DNA of 64,000 nucleotides, from NCBI GenBank assembly GCA_964613815.1, contig CAZTKG010000001.1:200895-264894 (forward strand), in the 5' to 3' direction. The DNA is from an uncultured Gammaproteobacteria bacterium. GTDB taxonomy: Bacteria > Patescibacteriota > Patescibacteriia > UBA9934. The position numbers and the translations under genes were made by a program. Positions 58,971 to 64,000 of this stretch are shown here, piece by piece. The notes under the pieces were generated by a model, which was not told where the DNA came from, did not search any database, and worked only from the letters and a program-made list of their open reading frames with translations. How positions within the stretch are numbered: position 1 is the stretch's first letter; each line of letters begins with the position of its first letter.

Positions 58971-61082
58971 ATGACTATTCCCTCCTCTCTGCAACGGATC
59001 GCACTTAACGGCCTTGATCTCTGGCGCCGATTCTACGCCCACGCACTCGCCCCGCTCGCGATTTTTTCGGTGGGGCTTTTTGCGTTTTTTCAGATTCCTG
59101 ATGATACGGATCAGTTGATTTTCTTTTCGTTTGCGTTTCTTTTGGCTTATGCGGTTTACGTGGAATTGCGAGATCTTGATATTCATAAACCCATCTTTGC
59201 TGCATTTGCTGCAGCATTCATCTTTCTCTTTTTGTTTGAGCAAGCTGATACAACCCTGATTCCAGAAACATCAATTCTTCGAAACTCCATGAATGTCCTA
59301 ACAGATGTTCATTTTCACCTTTACGTCCTAGCCGCCACCGCTGGCGTCGTGACAGTTTTCATCTACCGCTTTGAGCTTCGAGAACAGTCCCTTCTAGAAG
59401 ATGAGGTGAAGACTGTTTCTCGAGAGAATAAAACGCTTTATGGCCCCCACCGTCAGCGCAGGAGCGCTCAAATTTCTTCATTCCTTCTTTCTAAACTAGA
59501 AAATGAAGGATGGTTCTGGCTTCTTTGCGTCGCCGCGCTGTCGATCACGGGTCTCCTTCTTCGTCTTGAGCAAATTTCGGACATGGGTCAAGGCATTGAT
59601 GGTTATTACCACCTTCTTGATGCAAGGCACTACCTCGCTCATGGAGAGTTCGTCTATAAACGTGCTCAATTCTTTAGTGCGTTGATTGCGATGAGCTACG
59701 CGCTTTTTGGAGAAAGTATTGCCTCGGCCTATCTTCCGAATATCTTTGTCAGCGTTTTATCGATTCCGCTAAGCTATGTTGTTGGTCGTCGCTATGTTGG
59801 GCGACTTGGCGGGATGATTACCGCCCTCCTTCTTACTACTTCGTTTTGGCACATCGGGGACATGGCAAACCTGCGCATGTACCCGCTCTTTTGCTTTTTG
59901 ACGCTTCTGATCTTTTGGCTTGTTCCGGTGCTCTTAGATGTTCGGCGTGATCAGGATGTGAAAGCTACCGTGAAACGATACGGCCTGTTACTCGCGATCT
60001 TGATTGGACTGTTTGCCCTTGGATTTCATGTTCACAAACTCACCGCGAGCCTTGTTCCAATTTTCGTCTTCTTCCTTATCCTCACAACGGGCGCGTCAGT
60101 CATCCAAGACATTCGGGAAAAGCACATTTCTGCAAAGACAAAGATTATTTCCTCTTTTCTCGGCACCGTTCTTGCGATTGGGGTTTTTCTTTATATTAAA
60201 CAACCGTCACTTGTGACCAGCGCATTGCGATGGGATCCGGTTCTCTTTCAAGAATGGGATACCTACGCTGGCCAAATTCGTACAAGCCTTGGATGGCTCT
60301 TGAGTCTCTTTGGGCACCAAACAATCTATTTGTTTTTGATTATTTATCTTGCACTCTGTCTTGCTAGACAAAAAATTACCTCCTCGATTCCATGGATCTT
60401 CTTTGTTGGCATCTGGTTTATGAGTGCATTTCTTTTCACTCGTGAATATTTTGCTCCCCGATATATTGTATTCACCCTTCCTTTCTTATTTATGGTGATT
60501 GGGGGCGTTATCGCAATTACGAGCCGTCAGTTTTTTCAGCAACGCGCGCTTCAGGTCATCCTCTCTCTCTGCCTTGTTATTCTCCTTGTCCCCTGGTCGC
60601 GCACAGAAATCGTTGTTAACGAAAAGCTGGGTGAGACAGAACTCCAGGAGCTTTACTACGCGTTTAATGATGTTGTGTCTCAAATTCCTGTCCGCGAGTC
60701 AGATGGGATGATTGATACGTCAACAGGAGCACTTGCCTATCATCAATCTACTGTCGATGACATTGTTTATATTCGCAGCATTGACGATAGAGGAAGCGGG
60801 CGCCCCATCCCAACAACCGTGCTTGAAAATCGATTCCTGTCGACAGTTCGCACACATGAACATGGCTGGTTCTTGACGGACATTTACCGTTTTCAGCACT
60901 GGGATTGCGATGTGACTGTTCCGTGCTCTATTCGCTCCCTCGTTGATGAGCACCCAGAAGTCTTTTATACGCACACCTATCCTGAAGATGACCAACTTCT
61001 TCTTATTGAATGGGACCATTCTTGGTCGCCAGGAATCATCGACTCGCTAGCTTTTCCTGCACTATCTGACGAGGTCCTCTAG
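58971..61082 (+). CDS. GT-C fold glycosyltransferase with N-terminal membrane extension
   Basis: LLLRL...IDG, LRMY, PRYI; many TMs. Confidence 0.78.
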   Translation: MTIPSSLQRIALNGLDLWRRFYAHALAPLAIFSVGLFAFFQIPDDTDQLIFFSFAFLLAYAVYVELRDLDIHKPIFAAFAAAFIFLFLFEQADTTLIPETSILRNSMNVLTDVHFHLYVLAATAGVVTVFIYRFELREQSLLEDEVKTVSRENKTLYGPHRQRRSAQISSFLLSKLENEGWFWLLCVAALSITGLLLRLEQISDMGQGIDGYYHLLDARHYLAHGEFVYKRAQFFSALIAMSYALFGESIASAYLPNIFVSVLSIPLSYVVGRRYVGRLGGMITALLLTTSFWHIGDMANLRMYPLFCFLTLLIFWLVPVLLDVRRDQDVKATVKRYGLLLAILIGLFALGFHVHKLTASLVPIFVFFLILTTGASVIQDIREKHISAKTKIISSFLGTVLAIGVFLYIKQPSLVTSALRWDPVLFQEWDTYAGQIRTSLGWLLSLFGHQTIYLFLIIYLALCLARQKITSSIPWIFFVGIWFMSAFLFTREYFAPRYIVFTLPFLFMVIGGVIAITSRQFFQQRALQVILSLCLVILLVPWSRTEIVVNEKLGETELQELYYAFNDVVSQIPVRESDGMIDTSTGALAYHQSTVDDIVYIRSIDDRGSGRPIPTTVLENRFLSTVRTHEHGWFLTDIYRFQHWDCDVTVPCSIRSLVDEHPEVFYTHTYPEDDQLLLIEWDHSWSPGIIDSLAFPALSDEVL

Positions 61083-62210
61083 GAGACTGTGCATTTCCGG
61101 GATGACGGCATTGATGTCGTGATGTGATTTTGCATACTTGTATGCACGGAGTCCAGCCGCCTTCTTCTCCTCCATGTCATTTATCAATGCCCCTGTCTTT
61201 TTGTAAAAAGCCTCTATGTCGCCATCTGTGATGACGCCCAAACCGTGTGACCTGATCACGTTGTTTGGATCGATGTCGATCGACGCGACTGGTATTTTAT
61301 TCTTCGTGGCCTGAATAAGTGTATTTGGAAATCCCTCAAACCTGGAGGTGATGACAAATAGGCTCGCTTCCTTAAATTCTTCATTGATTTTGTGAAACGG
61401 TACAAGGCCCTTGTATGTCACATTGGGCACATTTTTGCAGAGTGCTTCAATTTTCGTCTGGTAGTCCGCCTTATTGAGCGCCGGCGGGGCGATCATAATG
61501 AAATCTGTGTCTGGATTTTGCCTTGCTAGCTCGATGAAAATCTCTGGACGCTTCCAGTCTTCACACCTTCCAACCCAAAGGACTGGGCCATCCCAGGTCT
61601 TTTCCACCTCTTCGACCGGATAAACTGATAAAAGAAGATTTGATTCGATCTGATAGTTGTTGCGTAGCATTTCTTGCTGATCTGAGTTTTGCGCGATCAC
61701 AAGATCCGCCCCCTCTAGACCATATCGATACCAGCCGCCAGCAGAACCATTTCCGCGCTCGTACTCCCCCGAGCAGTCGATTTCGTGTGCCGCCATGTAA
61801 ACCAACTTTACGCCAATGAGCTTTGTCCAGAGTCGCAATTTTCCAAAGCCACCGCTTGCTGATCGAACGATCATGATGTCGTAACGATGAAAGAGGAATC
61901 GTGCGGCAAACACAAGCTTAGATGACCATTTTTTTGACTTTCTAATGAGTTGCTCTTTTAGAGATTCATTTTCTGATTTTGAGGCGTATTTTTGAATGGT
62001 TCTCATGAGCCTAATTCCATCCCTGACCTCCATCCCTGGTTGCCCAAAATCTGCAACAAGATAACTTACCTCACAGCCGAGTTCTTTCATTTTTTTTCCG
62101 ATGTAGTACATCTGAACCTCAGCACCTCCAAATCCGCCTCCGCAATCTGGATTAAATAGCGGATATGTTGAAAGTGAAACAAAGCAAATTTTTAGCGGAC
62201 GCTTTGGCAT
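61062..62210 (-). CDS. GT4 family glycosyltransferase
   Basis: GGAEVQ, WVGR...KRPE, EGFPNTLIQA; start at MPKRP. Confidence 0.88.
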   Translation of the reverse strand: MPKRPLKICFVSLSTYPLFNPDCGGGFGGAEVQMYYIGKKMKELGCEVSYLVADFGQPGMEVRDGIRLMRTIQKYASKSENESLKEQLIRKSKKWSSKLVFAARFLFHRYDIMIVRSASGGFGKLRLWTKLIGVKLVYMAAHEIDCSGEYERGNGSAGGWYRYGLEGADLVIAQNSDQQEMLRNNYQIESNLLLSVYPVEEVEKTWDGPVLWVGRCEDWKRPEIFIELARQNPDTDFIMIAPPALNKADYQTKIEALCKNVPNVTYKGLVPFHKINEEFKEASLFVITSRFEGFPNTLIQATKNKIPVASIDIDPNNVIRSHGLGVITDGDIEAFYKKTGALINDMEEKKAAGLRAYKYAKSHHDINAVIPEMHSLLEDLVR

Positions 62211-62211
62211 A

Positions 62212-63597
62212 TTAGCTGACTTTGGAGATCGTGTAGCGAAACTTTCCAGATGGGGACCTTGGAATCTGTTCAACAAAGGTCATGCGTATTTTGCACTCTT
62301 CCCCCATTACCGCACGGACCTCTTCGGCGATCTTGTCTAGCTGATCTTGCTTTGGGTCCCTTGCTTTGACGATGAAGATCTGGATCAAGTCCTCTTTCTC
62401 CTGAATGACCTGAAAGGTCTCCACCCAGTCCTGAAAGTAAAAAACATGCGTAAAATATTCGCCATGTATTCTTGATCCATTCAAAGCCTTGAAGTGGTCA
62501 GATGATCTGCCGGTTATGTGACCAATGAGCTTGAACCCCCTTCCGCAAGAGCACCTCTTGTCAGACTGGACCGCTGTGTCGCCGATGCGGTATCGAATGA
62601 TTGGCATCGCGTAGCTGATGAGTGATGTCACATAGACGTCACCCTGCTCTCCTGCAGCAACAGGCTCAAGATTCGCGTCAAGGATCTCAACAATGTGAGA
62701 GTACTCGAATATGTGCAGCCCCTCGTTTTTTGGGCACGATGCAGCGATGTCGCCCACCTCCCTTGAACCATATTGATTAATCACCGGGCAGTTGAAAACT
62801 TCGTGTATGAGGTCGTACTGAAAATCATGCATTGTACCTGCTGTGACAACAATTACTTTTGGCGCGTGAATGCGGATACCCGTCTTTTTGATAAACTTCG
62901 CCATTTCGTAGGCGGAATCTACGTAGGCCCAAACACCGACAGGCTTTACCCTGTTCCAGGTTTTCGTGTACTCGCGCCAAATATCGTCTGATACATAAAA
63001 TGCGTTTAAGAGCCGCCTGTTCGCAAGGAAGTTATCGATATGCGCACGGACACCAATGGAACCCTTCAGCAGATCTCGTTCCGATCCCCAAAGGTTGATC
63101 TGTGATTCGCCGTACATCTTTTGCCCCATGGAGAAAAAGTACATGTTGCTCGCAGACCAATTCGCATACTCCCTGTCTTGAATGACGGTGATTGGCTTTC
63201 CGGTTGATCCGCCGGAAGAGTTTCGATACCAGGCTCGACTCTCAAGATCTGATGATTTAAGATCCTCGAATCTTGTGCGGATAATGTCCTTTGTAAGGAT
63301 CGGTGCATTACGTAGATTTTCTGCCGTGATACCTGCTAGGACTTCCTTGTAATATGGAACTTGCTCCTTTGCGTGATTAATGAGACTTCCGAGCCGTTCC
63401 GATTGATATGTCTCAATATCTTCCGTTGGTGCGAATTCTAACCCCATGATGAGCTCGAAATTTTTTACCTGATCTGGATTTGCCTGGCGTAGAAACTCAT
63501 ATCTCCATGGCTTTTTCGACGTACTGGAAGCTGCAGCTGCCTTTATCATCCCTTTTGCTAAAAATCCCCCTGTCTTCATTGCTCGAAATGGGCTCAT
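62212..63597 (-). CDS. Phenylacetate-CoA ligase family / CapK-like adenylate-forming enzyme
   Basis: SSGGSTGKP, YGSRE, MPIIRYRIGD, SGKFR; start at MSPF. Confidence 0.85.
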   Translation of the reverse strand: MSPFRAMKTGGFLAKGMIKAAAASSTSKKPWRYEFLRQANPDQVKNFELIMGLEFAPTEDIETYQSERLGSLINHAKEQVPYYKEVLAGITAENLRNAPILTKDIIRTRFEDLKSSDLESRAWYRNSSGGSTGKPITVIQDREYANWSASNMYFFSMGQKMYGESQINLWGSERDLLKGSIGVRAHIDNFLANRRLLNAFYVSDDIWREYTKTWNRVKPVGVWAYVDSAYEMAKFIKKTGIRIHAPKVIVVTAGTMHDFQYDLIHEVFNCPVINQYGSREVGDIAASCPKNEGLHIFEYSHIVEILDANLEPVAAGEQGDVYVTSLISYAMPIIRYRIGDTAVQSDKRCSCGRGFKLIGHITGRSSDHFKALNGSRIHGEYFTHVFYFQDWVETFQVIQEKEDLIQIFIVKARDPKQDQLDKIAEEVRAVMGEECKIRMTFVEQIPRSPSGKFRYTISKVS

Positions 63598-64000
63598 AAT
63601 AGAGATTTTGAAATTTTTCCTGTTTTCACCCATGTCTCAAACGCTTCTACAAACTCCTTCATCTGCTGCAACTCAGCCTTTAAGCTGCCCGTTTCGATCC
63701 CATAATGGTCGCAAATTTGAATATTGGTTCTCATGGATTCGTATGTCGCTTCGTGGTTTGAGAGGTATACCTGCATGACCAACCTCTCCTTCTCTGAGAA
63801 TAAATTGTTTAGGTACGGATTTCGTTCGGCTGCGATAATGTTATCCTCTTTCCACATGCGAATAACGATGTCGTAAAGGAGCCCGCCTATATAGAGCGCG
63901 ATGCATGATGTCAGTGAAAGGAGCGGCAATAAAATGAGCTTGTGAATATCTACCATCTTAGATACGTATGGCAGGTACACGCCGGCCAACGTCATTGAAT
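63594..64000 (-). CDS. Hypothetical membrane protein (partial, starts beyond the window)
   Basis: Open frame to the window end with a TM segment; ATGA overlap with the capK-like gene. Confidence 0.55.
   Translation of the reverse strand, partial: SMTLAGVYLPYVSKMVDIHKLILLPLLSLTSCIALYIGGLLYDIVIRMWKEDNIIAAERNPYLNNLFSEKERLVMQVYLSNHEATYESMRTNIQICDHYGIETGSLKAELQQMKEFVEAFETWVKTGKISKSLL

Overview
Bacterial chromosomal window, standard genetic code, most consistent with a Patescibacteria/CPR genome, possibly Uhrbacteria-like (inferred from gene content, not from a database search). Core genes present: ECF sigma/anti-sigma pair, a CIRCE-controlled hrcA-grpE-dnaK-ybaK-dnaJ operon, K+ and Ca2+/Na+ transporters, tRNA-Glu(CTC), uppP, a VirD4/TraG-like ATPase pair, secDF, secA, hpf, murBC, glyA, dnaB-ybaB-recR, folD, rplU, a membrane-anchored Clp ATPase, tgt and a surface-glycan cluster. 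Short orphan genes with their own promoters are scattered between them. The main unexplained structure is a dense family of intergenic REP-like palindromes: about 10 CCCATCTCGA...GAGAGATC loci plus 5 loci of related variants with covarying stems. They cluster on both sides of a stand-alone 96-aa GIY-YIG nuclease gene that is bracketed by a 35-bp direct repeat, a candidate REP-associated GIY-YIG mobile system. Other notable observations: a repeated two-hairpin element between genes of an orphan operon, a SecD with inserted parvulin PPIase domains, a TGT lacking zinc ligands, a shared ECF promoter motif, and an unannotated cationic peptide inside the dnaK operon. All family assignments come from motif recognition by eye.
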